DNA of 51,753 bases from Aquificaceae bacterium. Lineage in GTDB: Bacteria; Aquificota; Aquificia; Aquificales; Aquificaceae. The DNA lies in the NCBI GenBank assembly GCA_041640635.1, contig JBEPZX010000009.1, positions 1 through 51,753 on the forward strand, in the 5' to 3' direction. Both the position numbers and the translations under genes were made by a program. Below, in pieces: positions 9,075 through 19,564 of this stretch (position 1 is the first letter of the stretch; every line of letters starts with the position of its first letter). The notes below the pieces were generated by a model. That model saw only the letters and a list, made by a program, of their open reading frames with translations, was not told where the DNA came from and made no database searches.

Positions 9075-9908
9075 TCAAATAGCCTTTGTAAGGTATACTT
9101 TCACTGTATAAGTAGAATTGGCTAAGGCTTTCACCAATACATAATTCAATGAGTGCCCACCTTTGTAGGATTTTACATTGGCAGCTATAGGTTTCCCCAA
9201 GAGAGCTAAATCTCCTATTAAATCAAAAAGTTTGTGTCTTATAGGTTCATCTTTGGATCTCATTCCTTCGCTGTTATATACAAAACCCTTTCCTAACACT
9301 AAGGCATTCTCCAAGCTACCACCTTTTGCAAGACCCAATCTTTTCAGCTGTTCTACTTGATAATCGTAACAAAAAGTTCTTGCAAAAATTAAATCCTTTA
9401 CATTTCCATCGTACTCTACAACCAAATTACTCGAAAAGTTTTCTATATCACCAACATACGAAGCTTTAAAAGTATCACTAGGAGTAGCTTTTATGCTTGA
9501 TCCATTTTTGGAAACTTCAATGCATCTATCTATTTTGAGAATCTCTTTTTCATCAGAAAGTTCTTCCAAGTTATCCTTTAATGCTTTGTAAAATCTGTAT
9601 CCACTTCCATCCATTATTGGAATCTCATTCCCTCTTAAAAGCTCTACAGTCACATTGTCCACTCCCAAAAGGCTCAAAACAGCCATTAAGTGTTCTACTG
9701 TTTTTACTACCTTTCCGTCTTTTCCCAAATCTGTTGAGTGATTGGTATTTGTTACAAATTCGTGATGAGCAGGTATATACACATCTTCAATTAAAAACCT
9801 TATGCCCGTATTTTCCTTTTCTGGATGTAAGACTATAGAAGATGGAGCTCCAGAATGTAGACCTATGCCCTCAAATGAGATCTTTTCTTTTACGGTTTTT
9901 TGCTTCAT
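9075..9908 (-). CDS. lpxC: UDP-3-O-acyl-GlcNAc deacetylase LpxC
   Basis: GIGLHSG, TVEHLMA, DGS, ARTF, GGSLENA, RHKLFDLIGDL and GGH motifs. Start set at MKQKT. Confidence 0.95.
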   Translation of the reverse strand: MKQKTVKEKISFEGIGLHSGAPSSIVLHPEKENTGIRFLIEDVYIPAHHEFVTNTNHSTDLGKDGKVVKTVEHLMAVLSLLGVDNVTVELLRGNEIPIMDGSGYRFYKALKDNLEELSDEKEILKIDRCIEVSKNGSSIKATPSDTFKASYVGDIENFSSNLVVEYDGNVKDLIFARTFCYDYQVEQLKRLGLAKGGSLENALVLGKGFVYNSEGMRSKDEPIRHKLFDLIGDLALLGKPIAANVKSYKGGHSLNYVLVKALANSTYTVKVYLTKAI

Positions 9909-9916
9909 AAGTAGTA

Positions 9917-10615
9917 TTATTTCAAAGTTAAAGCTAAATTTACAACTTCTTCCATTGATGGTTTTTTGGGAACGTAACAAGTATTTCTAAAATGCTCTTG
10001 GTAAGCGCTTTTGGTGGTTTCACCTATGCATATTACATTCCTTAAGGTAATTTTGCAAATAAGCATATTTTTTTGCAAATTTGCAAATAAACTTTTCACA
10101 GCCGAAGGACTTGCCAAGACTACTATAGGGTCTTGAGAAAGGACATCTAAAATCTCCTCTTTTGAGTACTCTACCATAACGGTTTGGTATATATTCAAGT
10201 CTAGGACATTAAAACCCCTTTCCTTGAGAAAGTTTAAAAGCTCTTCTCTACCTTCTTTTGCTCTTGGCAGTAATACTTTACATGGTTTTATATCTTTAAA
10301 AAACTCTATTAACCCCTTTGCCGACTCTTCGTCGGGTATATATGCTTTGTAACCTAGTCTTTCCAGTGTTTTTTGCGTTGATTTTCCTACAGCTACTACC
10401 TTTGTATTACTATGTAAACTTGCCTTTTCAAAGAAGTACTTGACAGCCTTTTGACTTTGAAAAACTACGTAATCGAAATTTTCTTGAGGCACTTCAAAAG
10501 GTAAACTTTGCGTTTTAATAAGAGGCAAAGCTAAAACTTCAAATCCCTTGTCTTCAAAAAGCTTGGCGTCCTTTAGTATATCGTCCACTTCTCTCGTTAA
10601 TAAAATCTTCCTCAT
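9917..10615 (-). CDS. hemD: Uroporphyrinogen-III synthase
   Basis: ILLTRE, VVFQSQKAV, AVGKST, IYQT, ASPSAV and CIGETT motifs. Start set at MRKILL. Confidence 0.9.
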   Translation of the reverse strand: MRKILLTREVDDILKDAKLFEDKGFEVLALPLIKTQSLPFEVPQENFDYVVFQSQKAVKYFFEKASLHSNTKVVAVGKSTQKTLERLGYKAYIPDEESAKGLIEFFKDIKPCKVLLPRAKEGREELLNFLKERGFNVLDLNIYQTVMVEYSKEEILDVLSQDPIVVLASPSAVKSLFANLQKNMLICKITLRNVICIGETTKSAYQEHFRNTCYVPKKPSMEEVVNLALTLK

Positions 10616-10656
10616 TCTTAAATCTAAATATGTTACAATACACCTAAATATAGAAG

Positions 10657-10923
10657 ATGTTTTCATATATACTGATTGGTTTTATCACAGGTATTGTCTA
10701 TATAGAAACCCTATACAGAGTAGTGAAAAAAGGGAAAAATCTTGTATATGTAAGCATGCCGCTAAGAATCACATTCTTTGCTTTTACTCTATCAATTTTC
10801 ATAGAGGATCTTTTTACTTCTTTGTATCTCATAGGTGGTTTTTTTGCAGGTTTTCTATTAAACTTATTCGCAAGGGGATGGTTACTCAATGGATTATCTA
10901 AACTTTCTAGAACCAATCTTTAG
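10657..10923 (+). CDS. Small membrane protein, AtpI/AtpR-like
   Basis: About three TM segments; the GxxxGxxY...L...V...SxxLR...GF pattern resembles AtpR/AtpI by eye only. Confidence 0.5.
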   Translation: MFSYILIGFITGIVYIETLYRVVKKGKNLVYVSMPLRITFFAFTLSIFIEDLFTSLYLIGGFFAGFLLNLFARGWLLNGLSKLSRTNL

Positions 10924-11266
10924 AGATGAAATAGTTCAGTTCTTTATTGCCTTAGCACTACTACAAATACTCGCACAGGTATTTGTAGATAGGAGAATCG
11001 CCTTTTGGATTGCATCATTGTCTACATCTTACCTATGGATACGACATAAAGATGCCATAATTCCACTTAAAGCTTGGTTATTGATATTTCTAGTATTTTC
11101 TGTTTTTTTGATAATTAAAACTCTCTTCCATTTTAATGTATTTTTGTACTTAAAAGGCAAAAAGAGATGCCCTCAGTGTTTTGAGGAGGTACACTGGAAA
11201 GCCAAAGTTTGTCCTTTTTGTAGGCACCATTTTAAAAACGTAGAAAGAGGAGAAGAAAAAGGCTGA
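10889..11266 (+). CDS. Membrane protein with C-terminal zinc ribbon
   Basis: Three hydrophobic segments followed by CPQC-x10-CPFC. Confidence 0.7.
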   Translation: MDYLNFLEPIFRDEIVQFFIALALLQILAQVFVDRRIAFWIASLSTSYLWIRHKDAIIPLKAWLLIFLVFSVFLIIKTLFHFNVFLYLKGKKRCPQCFEEVHWKAKVCPFCRHHFKNVERGEEKG

Positions 11267-11296
11267 TTTTTTTAAACATTGCCAATTACGTAAGAT

Positions 11297-11806
11297 CTAG
11301 CGTTTGCTGTTTCTTAAATCTTCAAGGATAAGTTCTAAAATACTCTGCGGATTCATATTGGCATCCAAGCGTTTGTGAGCTAGCGAGTATACACCTCTTC
11401 TTTTATCAAAAAGTTGCTTTATAAAATCTATTCCTTTACTTAGAAGAGGTCTTCCTTCACTGTTAGAGCACCTTTCTAAAAAGGTTTCAAAATCAATATC
11501 CATCCAAATTACAAGACCATTACTTTTCATAAAGTACATAGCCTTCTCATTGGCACCTAATCCTCCTCCAGTAGATATTACAACTTTGCTTTCTTGAGAT
11601 AGCTCCTTTAAAGTTTCCAACTCCAATACTCTAAAATACTCTTCCCCTTTATCGCGAAAAATTTCAGCTATGCTCTTCTTCTCCTTTGTTTCTATAACAT
11701 CATCTATGTCGTAAAACTTCCATCCGAGCTTCTGAGCTAACATCTTTCCAATTGTAGATTTACCACTGCACATAAAACCTACTAAAAATACACGATCATA
11801 GTTCAT
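11297..11806 (-). CDS. aroK: Shikimate kinase
   Basis: GFMCSGKST, DIDD, GEEYFR, STGGG and RPLL motifs. Confidence 0.95.
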   Translation of the reverse strand: MNYDRVFLVGFMCSGKSTIGKMLAQKLGWKFYDIDDVIETKEKKSIAEIFRDKGEEYFRVLELETLKELSQESKVVISTGGGLGANEKAMYFMKSNGLVIWMDIDFETFLERCSNSEGRPLLSKGIDFIKQLFDKRRGVYSLAHKRLDANMNPQSILELILEDLRNSKR

Positions 11807-12551
11807 GGCGAATAAAGGCTAGATTTAGCAAAGTAAAAAAACCACCAATTACACTAAGTTGGGAGACTCTTTTTGGTTTTAGAGTGTTCAAAAGGTTAAG
11901 ATGGACAACAATAGCGTAATATACCCATATTAACAGAGTAGAAATCAATTTTGGGTCGTTTACCCAGTGCTTGCCTAAAAAATTCCTAGCCCATAAACTA
12001 CCAAAGATTAATGTGAGAGTAAGCATTATAAAAGCTAAATTTATAAGTATCCTTTCTGAGGAAGCAAGCGTACTTATAGGAAGGAAAAAACCATATACGT
12101 TTTTACTCTTTAACTTACTCTCCAAAGTCATCTTTAAAAAAGATGAAAGGCTACCTAAAAAGACCCCAGTATAGCCTATTGCTGCAAATATGACATGTAG
12201 TGCAAAAAGAACGTTCCTATAAGGTGAAGGTTCAGAAGGCATAGCCAACAAGGTTAAAAGGAATCCCGAAAAAGATAGGAAGGCATAAAATCTTGAAACT
12301 TGAGTATTCACAACGGAAAAGGCTGTCAGGAAGAGTATTATGAGATTTCCTAAAAGAGAGTAAAAGCCGTATACATCGGCAAAAGGGAAACTCTGTGTGA
12401 TAACAGCTTTTACGAATACGCCAATGAAATAGATAGAAACAGCTGTAAATAACGTAAATTGAGGAATATACCTGCTTACATTGAAGTAATAAAACAATAT
12501 GGAGAAAAAGAATGAAACTATATACAAGATGGCACTTAAAAGCAAAAGCAT
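11796..12551 (-). CDS. Cytochrome c assembly family membrane protein (CcsA/HemX-like)
   Basis: Multi-TM protein with conserved His (LHV) and a WWD-like GSLWA...WVNDPK motif. Confidence 0.8.
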   Translation of the reverse strand: MLLLLSAILYIVSFFFSILFYYFNVSRYIPQFTLFTAVSIYFIGVFVKAVITQSFPFADVYGFYSLLGNLIILFLTAFSVVNTQVSRFYAFLSFSGFLLTLLAMPSEPSPYRNVLFALHVIFAAIGYTGVFLGSLSSFLKMTLESKLKSKNVYGFFLPISTLASSERILINLAFIMLTLTLIFGSLWARNFLGKHWVNDPKLISTLLIWVYYAIVVHLNLLNTLKPKRVSQLSVIGGFFTLLNLAFIRHEL

Positions 12552-12591
12552 ATTAAAATATTAATCCAAGCATCTTGTTAGGTTTAAGATT

Positions 12592-13149
12592 ATGATTAGA
12601 ATCTTTGTGGGTTTTTTTACAACTAAACTAATACATGACCAAGTGGAAAATATAGCAAATAAATGGGGTAGCTACATAAAAGGGTCGTGGGTAAAACCAC
12701 AAAACTTACACATGACCTTTCAATTTATAGGGGAGGTTCAAGAAAATAGATTACTAGACATAATGAAGGTAATGCAAGGTGTGGCCCAAAGGCAAAAACC
12801 CATAGGGGTTGTATACAAGTCCTTAGGTGTCTTCCCAAGTATAGATAAAGCTCGTGTACTTTGGTTAGGGGTATCTGAAGGTCATGAGGAGCTAAAGCTT
12901 CTATCGCGTGAGATAGTAAGGGCAAATAGGAAAGTAGGCATAAGGGATGAGGGGAAACCCTTTTATCCCCATGTTACTATATGTAGAATAAAAGAATTTG
13001 ATAAAAGAAAGCTTAAAGAAATGCTTAAACAGTACGAAAATACTACGTTTGGTGCGGATACGATAGATAGAATAGTTATAATTAAAAGTTCCCTAACACA
13101 AGTAGGACCTATATACACTGTTATAGAGGAGTTTTACTTTGGTGGATAA
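12592..13149 (+). CDS. thpR: RNA 2',3'-cyclic phosphodiesterase (2H phosphoesterase)
   Basis: Two HxT motifs (NLHMT, PHVT) and ARVLW. Confidence 0.9.
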   Translation: MIRIFVGFFTTKLIHDQVENIANKWGSYIKGSWVKPQNLHMTFQFIGEVQENRLLDIMKVMQGVAQRQKPIGVVYKSLGVFPSIDKARVLWLGVSEGHEELKLLSREIVRANRKVGIRDEGKPFYPHVTICRIKEFDKRKLKEMLKQYENTTFGADTIDRIVIIKSSLTQVGPIYTVIEEFYFGG

Positions 13150-14137
13150 GATAAGTTACAAGCAAGCTGGTGTAGATATTGAAAAAGCTGATAAGTTTGT
13201 GGAAATTATTAAGCAAAAGATAAAATCTTTACCGCAATCTTTGATGTTTGGTAGTTTCTCAAGTGGCGTAGATTTATCAGGCTACAAAAACCCGATAGTG
13301 ATGCTAACCACGGATGGTGTAGGAACAAAGTTAAAAATTGCTCAAGCTGTGAAAGTACACAACACAGTAGGAATAGACCTGGTTGCTATGAATGTTAACG
13401 ATATTATTACTTCTGGTGCAAAGCCCATAGGCTTTTTGGATTATATAGCCATAGGTAAGATTGATTTGGATACTTTGGGTAGTTTAATAGATGGAATAGT
13501 GGAAGGATGTAAACAGTCAGAAATGCCCCTTGTTGGTGGAGAAACTGCGGAAATGCCAGATTTTTATCCTGAAGGTGTTTACGATTTAGCGGGTTTTTGT
13601 ATAGGTGTGTGTGAAAAGGATGAACTAATAGACGGTAAACAAATAGAAAAAGGAGATATTATCATAGGAATTCCATCTTCTGGTTTCCATAGCAACGGGT
13701 ATTCTCTGATAAGAAAAGTTTTACAGATAAAAAATATAAGCTATGAAGACATTATAAATGGTAGAGAAGTCTATAAAATCCTTCTTGAACCTACTCGTAT
13801 TTACTGGAAAGAGGTTAAAGTTGTTAAGGATATTGTTAAAATAAAAGGAATGGCTCATATTACAGGAGGAGGAATAAGAGGAAACCTTATCAGAATACTT
13901 CCAAATAATGTCCAGGCAGTTATTAATAAAAAGAGCATACCTAAAATGGAGGTCTTTAAATGGATACAAAATATTGGTAACATAGACGAAGAAGAGATGT
14001 ATAGAACGTTTAATATGGGTGTTGGCTTTATAATGGTAGTAAGTAAAATGGATGCGGATAGAGTATTGTCCGTATGCAAAGATACCTTTGTATGTGGAGA
14101 AATAGTGGAAGGTGAGAGAAATGTCATTTTGGTTTAA
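13139..14137 (+). CDS. purM: Phosphoribosylformylglycinamidine cyclo-ligase
   Basis: YKQAGVDI, TDGVGTK, GGETAEMP, SSGFHSNGYSL, HITGGG and TFNMG motifs. Confidence 0.97.
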   Translation: MVDKISYKQAGVDIEKADKFVEIIKQKIKSLPQSLMFGSFSSGVDLSGYKNPIVMLTTDGVGTKLKIAQAVKVHNTVGIDLVAMNVNDIITSGAKPIGFLDYIAIGKIDLDTLGSLIDGIVEGCKQSEMPLVGGETAEMPDFYPEGVYDLAGFCIGVCEKDELIDGKQIEKGDIIIGIPSSGFHSNGYSLIRKVLQIKNISYEDIINGREVYKILLEPTRIYWKEVKVVKDIVKIKGMAHITGGGIRGNLIRILPNNVQAVINKKSIPKMEVFKWIQNIGNIDEEEMYRTFNMGVGFIMVVSKMDADRVLSVCKDTFVCGEIVEGERNVILV

Positions 14138-16442
14138 TGTGTTAATTATATTTTTGTTAGTATTTAACTTATCCTATGCCCAAAACATAAAGCAGGTGGA
14201 AATAAGGGGACTCAGATATATACCAGAAGACTCCATAAGGGGTTTAATTAAATCAGTACCTGGATCTACGTATAGTCTAGAAACAGTTAAAGGTGACATA
14301 AAGAGATTGTACAGAACTGGCTTTTTTGAAAAAGTTGAAGTCTACAGTGAAATTGTGGGTGAAGATATAGTTCTTATTTATCAGCTTACTGACCTTCCGG
14401 TTATATATAAGATAGAATTCATAGGAAATAAAAAGCTAAAAGCGGATGACTTAGAAAAATACATTGGAATAGAAACGGAAGTAGGTAAGATAGACACAGA
14501 AGAAGCTACTAGAGCCTTTACATCTTCCCCTGCTATAGAAGAGCGCATAGAAGCACAAAGAAGAATAAAACTTGGTAGAGTTTTGAGTCCACAAGAAATA
14601 GACTTTATAAAGAGGCGAATAGAAGAGGCTTACTTAAAAGAGGGCTATCCCAACGTAGAAGTTTCTTATGAATTAGTACCCAAAAAAGGTGCATCTAAAA
14701 TAGTCTTTAACATAGTAGAGGGACAGCCTGAATACTTATCAAGTATACATATAGAAGGCAATAAAAGCTTTAGAAGGGGGAAGATAATAGAAAAAATGAC
14801 TCTAAAACCTCCAAGCTTGATAGCTTTTAGATTCCGTCCACCTTTCAGTGAAGAAATTCTAAAAGAAGACATAAAAAGTATAGAGGAATTTTATAAATCT
14901 GAAGGATTTTTAGATGTTAAAGTTTTTTATGAGGTTAAGAAAAGAGATAGCAGGTATGATGTATTTATAAAAATTGATGAAGGGCAAAGATACAAGCTTG
15001 GAGACTTAAAAATTGAAGGCAACACACTTTTTGCATATTCGGAGCTTGTAGGAAACATCTTGAAAAAGAATAAAGGTGGGTACTACAGACAAGACGTGAT
15101 TAATAAGCTGTTAGATAACATAAAGGCAAAGTATTCTTATATCGGCTTTATGAACGTACAGTGGGAAAAAAGTGAAAACATCTCAGATAAAAAGGTAAAT
15201 GTAACCATAAAACTGATAGAGGGTGATCCTGTTTATGTTGGAAGAATAGATGTTAAAGGTAATTACGAAACACGTGATTATGTCATAAGAAGGGAGATGA
15301 GATTTCAAGAAGGAGAGCTAGCTAACCTAAGGGAGCTCGAAAGGTCTAAATCAAGGATATTTAATCTTGGATACTATGAGGATGTAAATATACAACCAGT
15401 TCCATCGTCTATGAAAAACTGGGATTTTCTAGCAAATATTAGAGAACGTTTCACAGGACAGATATCTGTAGGTCTTGGCTATAACCAAGTTACAAAAATA
15501 TCCGGTTTCGTATCTATAAGAAAGGGTAATTTTCTAGGAACAGGTGATATAGCTGGTTTTTCAATATCCTATGGTACAAGATCAAGAGATAACTCTCTAT
15601 CCTATACCAAAAGGTGGTTTTTAAACCAACCAATAGACCTTACCACTAGCATTTTTGATAGAAGAGTAGAGTATAGTACGTACACAATAGAAAGAGCAGG
15701 TATAAATTTTGTGCTATCTAAAGAGTTAGTGGAATTCTGGAAGGCAAGTGCTGGTATAAGCTTCCAAAGGGTTAAGTATTCGGATATTTCTCCTAATGCA
15801 TCTTCGCTTATTAAGCAAGAAGAGGGTACCAGACAGGTTAGAAAGTTAAGCTTTGGTCTCGTTAGAGACACTAGAGATAATTTTATATTTCCTACTAAAG
15901 GCTCCCTCACCGAGCTTGAACTTTCTAGCGGATTGAAGGTTTTGGGTGGGACAGAAAAGTTCATTAAGCTAAGTTTATCTCATCAATTCTTCTTAAAGGA
16001 TACCCTTTTCGATACGGGTGTTATCTGGGGATTAAAGGGTGCTTTTGGCATGGTTGAACCTTATGGTGGCAAGCGTGTACCTTTAGATGAGAAGTTCTTT
16101 GTAGGTGGTGACTTTAGTGTAAGAGGATACTCTTATGGATACGCTGGTCCCTTGGATCCCAATATTAAAGAACCTGTGGGAGCTAAAAAGCAAGTTCTCT
16201 TCTCAACGGAATTAAATGTACCTTTATATAAAAATATGTTCTACGGTGCTGTTTTCTTGGATTTAGGTCGCGGTGCTGATAAGTTCAGTGATCTCAAAGA
16301 TCTAAGAGGTGGTTATGGTATAGGTGTAAGATTTATAACTCCCTTTGCTCCTATTAAGCTAGACCTTGCTTTTAAGACCAAAAAGGTCCCCGGTGATACG
16401 GACAGAAGCAAAATTCACTTTGTACTTGGAGCTTTCTTTTAA
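14121..16442 (+). CDS. bamA: Outer membrane protein assembly factor BamA
   Basis: Signal peptide, POTRA repeats (GNYETRDYVIRRE), NFLGTG, VRGY motif and C-terminal Phe. Confidence 0.95.
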   Translation: MSFWFNVLIIFLLVFNLSYAQNIKQVEIRGLRYIPEDSIRGLIKSVPGSTYSLETVKGDIKRLYRTGFFEKVEVYSEIVGEDIVLIYQLTDLPVIYKIEFIGNKKLKADDLEKYIGIETEVGKIDTEEATRAFTSSPAIEERIEAQRRIKLGRVLSPQEIDFIKRRIEEAYLKEGYPNVEVSYELVPKKGASKIVFNIVEGQPEYLSSIHIEGNKSFRRGKIIEKMTLKPPSLIAFRFRPPFSEEILKEDIKSIEEFYKSEGFLDVKVFYEVKKRDSRYDVFIKIDEGQRYKLGDLKIEGNTLFAYSELVGNILKKNKGGYYRQDVINKLLDNIKAKYSYIGFMNVQWEKSENISDKKVNVTIKLIEGDPVYVGRIDVKGNYETRDYVIRREMRFQEGELANLRELERSKSRIFNLGYYEDVNIQPVPSSMKNWDFLANIRERFTGQISVGLGYNQVTKISGFVSIRKGNFLGTGDIAGFSISYGTRSRDNSLSYTKRWFLNQPIDLTTSIFDRRVEYSTYTIERAGINFVLSKELVEFWKASAGISFQRVKYSDISPNASSLIKQEEGTRQVRKLSFGLVRDTRDNFIFPTKGSLTELELSSGLKVLGGTEKFIKLSLSHQFFLKDTLFDTGVIWGLKGAFGMVEPYGGKRVPLDEKFFVGGDFSVRGYSYGYAGPLDPNIKEPVGAKKQVLFSTELNVPLYKNMFYGAVFLDLGRGADKFSDLKDLRGGYGIGVRFITPFAPIKLDLAFKTKKVPGDTDRSKIHFVLGAFF

Positions 16443-16611
16443 AGCCTAAGTTTGCGTAAAGCCTTGAGATTTAATTAAATATTTTATTTCTATGAGGATT
16501 ATTATATAAAACACTTTCAGAAAGAGGATTGTATTGAATATAATTGCAAGTTTATAGCAACATGAGAAGCTCTTCACCTTTTTCTCAAATAAGAGTGAGT
16601 ATTAATAAAGC

Positions 16612-16642
16612 TTGCAAACAATTTCTATTTGATGTATATTAT
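16612..16642 (+). promoter_or_regulatory. Sigma70-type promoter for fur (probably leaderless)
   Basis: TTGCAA (16612-17), 17 bp spacer, TATATT (16635-40). An alternative -10 TATTAT lies 7 nt before the ATG at 16650. No SD sequence. Confidence 0.55.
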
Positions 16643-16649
16643 ATTTACT

Positions 16650-17084
16650 ATGGTAAAGGAAGTGGAAGTTAGAATAGAAAACTTTCTTAATACGTGTAAA
16701 CAGTTGGGACTTAAAATAACACCTCAAAGACAAGCAGTTTATGAAGCTTTGCTTAACAGAGAGGATCATCCTACCGTAGAAGAAATATACGCCGATGTAA
16801 AGAAAAAATACCCATTTATATCGCTGGCTACAGTTTATAGAACTGTAGAAACCTTAGAAGAACTTGGGCTTGTTAAAAAAGTAGCTTACTGGGGTTCATC
16901 TGCACGTTACGATGCTAATATATACGAACACCACCACCTAATATGTCTAAAATGTGGAGCTATAAGGGACTTAGAAATGGAGACAGGATGGTACATGCCT
17001 GAGGAAATAGAAGGATACAAAACCATATCCTTCTCAATACACATATACGGTGTATGTCCATTATGTCGGAAGAAAGGATTTTAG
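16650..17084 (+). CDS. fur: Fur/PerR family transcriptional regulator
   Basis: LKITPQR, HPTVEE, SLATVYRT, HHHLICLKCG and C-terminal CPLC. Fur versus PerR is not resolved. Confidence 0.9.
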   Translation: MVKEVEVRIENFLNTCKQLGLKITPQRQAVYEALLNREDHPTVEEIYADVKKKYPFISLATVYRTVETLEELGLVKKVAYWGSSARYDANIYEHHHLICLKCGAIRDLEMETGWYMPEEIEGYKTISFSIHIYGVCPLCRKKGF

Positions 17085-17362
17085 AAAGCCAAGAAATATC
17101 CAAGGTATTAACGGAAGAATTGAAAAATTGGTCCTTAGAAGGCGGATATATAACCAAGAGCTTCAATACAAAAAACTGGAAGGAGACTATATTTCTAGTA
17201 AATGCGATAGCTTATTTAGCGGAAGCTCAAAACCATCATCCAGACTTGGAAGTTTCATTTAAGAGTCTAAGGGTAAAACTTAAAACACACAGTGCAAATG
17301 GTATTACACAAAAAGATGTAAAACTGGCAAAAGTTATAGACATGCTGCTAAGCATGGCATGA
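17063..17362 (+). CDS. phhB: Pterin-4a-carbinolamine dehydratase
   Basis: AEAQNHHPD...THSANGITQKD motif. Confidence 0.9.
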   Translation: MSEERILESQEISKVLTEELKNWSLEGGYITKSFNTKNWKETIFLVNAIAYLAEAQNHHPDLEVSFKSLRVKLKTHSANGITQKDVKLAKVIDMLLSMA

Positions 17363-17364
17363 AC

Positions 17365-18375
17365 TCAAGTTTCTATAAACTTTTTAAGAGCTTCTAGATA
17401 GCAGTCTTTGATTTTTTTAGAGTATTCCTTTAAGTCAAAGCTTACATCAGGTGAGTATTCCAAAAATCTTTTAATTAAGTGATAAAGTTCTGCTTCGTTG
17501 TTTACTTTAAAGCCTATACCTTGCTCAATTAAAAACTCCTCCACATCTCTTACCTTTTGCGTGTATGGACCAAAGATAACAGGTTTTTTCCAATATACAG
17601 GTTCTAATAGATTGTGCCCTCCGATGTTTACAAAAGTACCACCTACGATGCATACCTTTGCAAAGGAATAAAGGTAAAAAAGCTCACCAAGAGTGTCTAC
17701 AAGCAGTATATCCCAGTTTTCACTCTCTTTGCTTCTTAAAGTGTAGTTTAAACCTCTTAATAAGTTCTCTATGTGAGGAACTCTAGATATATGCCTTGGT
17801 GCCAATATGAGCCTTAGGTTCTCGTAGTTTTTTTTCAACCTTAGGAAAACCTTTAAAATGAGCTCTTCCTCTCCTTCGTGCGTGCTTCCAGCTACTATAA
17901 AATCTCCTTTAGACTTAACATTAACGCTTTTTTCTTGAGCAGATATTACAAACTTTAGATTCCCACAAGAAAGAACCTTTCTTACACCGTAAGAAGTAAA
18001 TTTCTCTGCATCTGTTTGCGTACGTGTTATTACTAAATCTATTTCTTTTGAGATTATCTTCTCAAAAATGCCTCCTTTAGAGTAAGCATTTATAAGAGCT
18101 TTTTTTACTTTTGTAGACTTAATTAAAGAAGGCCAAAATTCTCTTTCCAGTATTATAAGAGCCTTTGGGTTTATAGACTTTTCGAACCTTTTTACAAGCA
18201 TTGGTATATCTAGAGGCAAAGGATGAAGTAAATTGTAGTAATTTTTTTGTTTTTCCAAAAAGGCTTTTGCTCTAGGTGAAAAGTAGGTTAGAACTACAAA
18301 ATAATCTTTTTTGAATTCCAAAATTAGCTCCTTTGCCGTGTTAAACTCACCTACACTGGCACAGTGAAACCACAA
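17365..18375 (-). CDS. waaA: Kdo transferase (start uncertain)
   Basis: WFHCASVGE, EREFWP, GNLK, AGSTHEGEE, APRH, DTLGEL and GGHNLLEP motifs. Confidence 0.93.
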   Translation of the reverse strand: MWFHCASVGEFNTAKELILEFKKDYFVVLTYFSPRAKAFLEKQKNYYNLLHPLPLDIPMLVKRFEKSINPKALIILEREFWPSLIKSTKVKKALINAYSKGGIFEKIISKEIDLVITRTQTDAEKFTSYGVRKVLSCGNLKFVISAQEKSVNVKSKGDFIVAGSTHEGEEELILKVFLRLKKNYENLRLILAPRHISRVPHIENLLRGLNYTLRSKESENWDILLVDTLGELFYLYSFAKVCIVGGTFVNIGGHNLLEPVYWKKPVIFGPYTQKVRDVEEFLIEQGIGFKVNNEAELYHLIKRFLEYSPDVSFDLKEYSKKIKDCYLEALKKFIET

Positions 18376-18419
18376 AACAGGCTTACCACTCTGTATTTTT
18401 AAGGAAAAAAAGATACGAT

Positions 18420-19526
18420 TTAACGCTGTCTCTCACCTCTTATGAATTCTTCTACCATTTTTCTTGCTTGCCAATCGGTATACTGTATAGGTGGGTGTTT
18501 CATAGTGTAAGCACTTATAGAGTAGAGTGGACCAGCTATACCTCTGTCTTTGGCCAACTTGCAACACCTTATGGCATCTATCATAGATCCTGCACTATTT
18601 GGTGAGTCCTCTACATCTAGCTTTGCTTCCACATACATAGGAACATCACCAAACAATCTTCCTTCTATTCTAATGTAAGCTATTTTTCTGTCGTTTAGCC
18701 AAGGCACCCAATCCGATGGACCTATGTGTATGTTAAAGTCCCCTACGTCATAAGGAATTATAGAAGAAACAGCTTGAGTTTTTGAAAGCTTCTTGGTCTT
18801 TAGCCTTGACCTTTCTAACATGTTAAGAAAGTCAGTATTACCACCAAAGTTTAATTGATAAGTTCTGTCTATTTTTACACCTCTATCTATGAAGAGTTGA
18901 ACCATTGTTCTATGAAGTATAGTGGCACCTACTTGAGACTTTATATCGTCGCCTACAATGGGAATGCTGGCTTCTTCAAACTTTTTTGCCCATTCAGGAT
19001 CAGAAACTATAAAGGTAGGCATGGCATTTATAAAAGAAACACCGGCTTTTAGGCAAGCTTCTGCATAAAACCTAGCTGCTTGTTCTGACCCTACAGGTAA
19101 GTAATTTATAAGAATATCAGCTTTACTTTCTTTCAAAACTCTCACTACATCTTCCAGTTCGTCTTCCTTTTCGGTAGCTAAAACAAAACTCCTTTCCGGT
19201 GGATAGTCTTTCATGTGAGACGCATAACTATCTAAAACTTTTCCCATACGCACAGTAACTCCCATATAGGGCACATTAGGTTCAAATACAGTTGTGCAGT
19301 TAGGTTCTGAAAATATGGCTTGAGATACGTCCTTGCCTACTTTTCTTGCGTCTATGTCCCAACAAGCTACAACTTCAATATCCCAAGGTTTATAACCACC
19401 TATATCTTCAAACATTAAACCACTAACGTCCATTCCCTTCTTATTTTTGTAGTAGAAGATTCCTTGAATGAGGGAGCTGGCACAGTTTCCAACACCAGCA
19501 ACGGCTATTCGTATTTTTTCTGCCAT
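18420..19526 (-). CDS. ino1: myo-inositol-1-phosphate synthase
   Basis: [35 protein letters not shown] and DSPNSAG motifs; GGAGG RBS. Confidence 0.95.
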   Translation of the reverse strand: MAEKIRIAVAGVGNCASSLIQGIFYYKNKKGMDVSGLMFEDIGGYKPWDIEVVACWDIDARKVGKDVSQAIFSEPNCTTVFEPNVPYMGVTVRMGKVLDSYASHMKDYPPERSFVLATEKEDELEDVVRVLKESKADILINYLPVGSEQAARFYAEACLKAGVSFINAMPTFIVSDPEWAKKFEEASIPIVGDDIKSQVGATILHRTMVQLFIDRGVKIDRTYQLNFGGNTDFLNMLERSRLKTKKLSKTQAVSSIIPYDVGDFNIHIGPSDWVPWLNDRKIAYIRIEGRLFGDVPMYVEAKLDVEDSPNSAGSMIDAIRCCKLAKDRGIAGPLYSISAYTMKHPPIQYTDWQARKMVEEFIRGERQR

Positions 19527-19564
19527 TTTTACCTCCGTGAAGAAAGCTTATAATATTATAACTG

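Noticed and set aside
16563..16587. TGAGAA-N13-TTCTCA inverted repeat upstream of fur as a Fur/PerR box
   Set aside because: The spacing is inconsistent with a 7-1-7 Fur/Per box, and 6-bp arms are weak evidence.
16622..16649. dif-like TGTATA-TTATATTTACT
   Set aside because: The left arm does not match, and the sequence is explained as the AT-rich fur -10 region.
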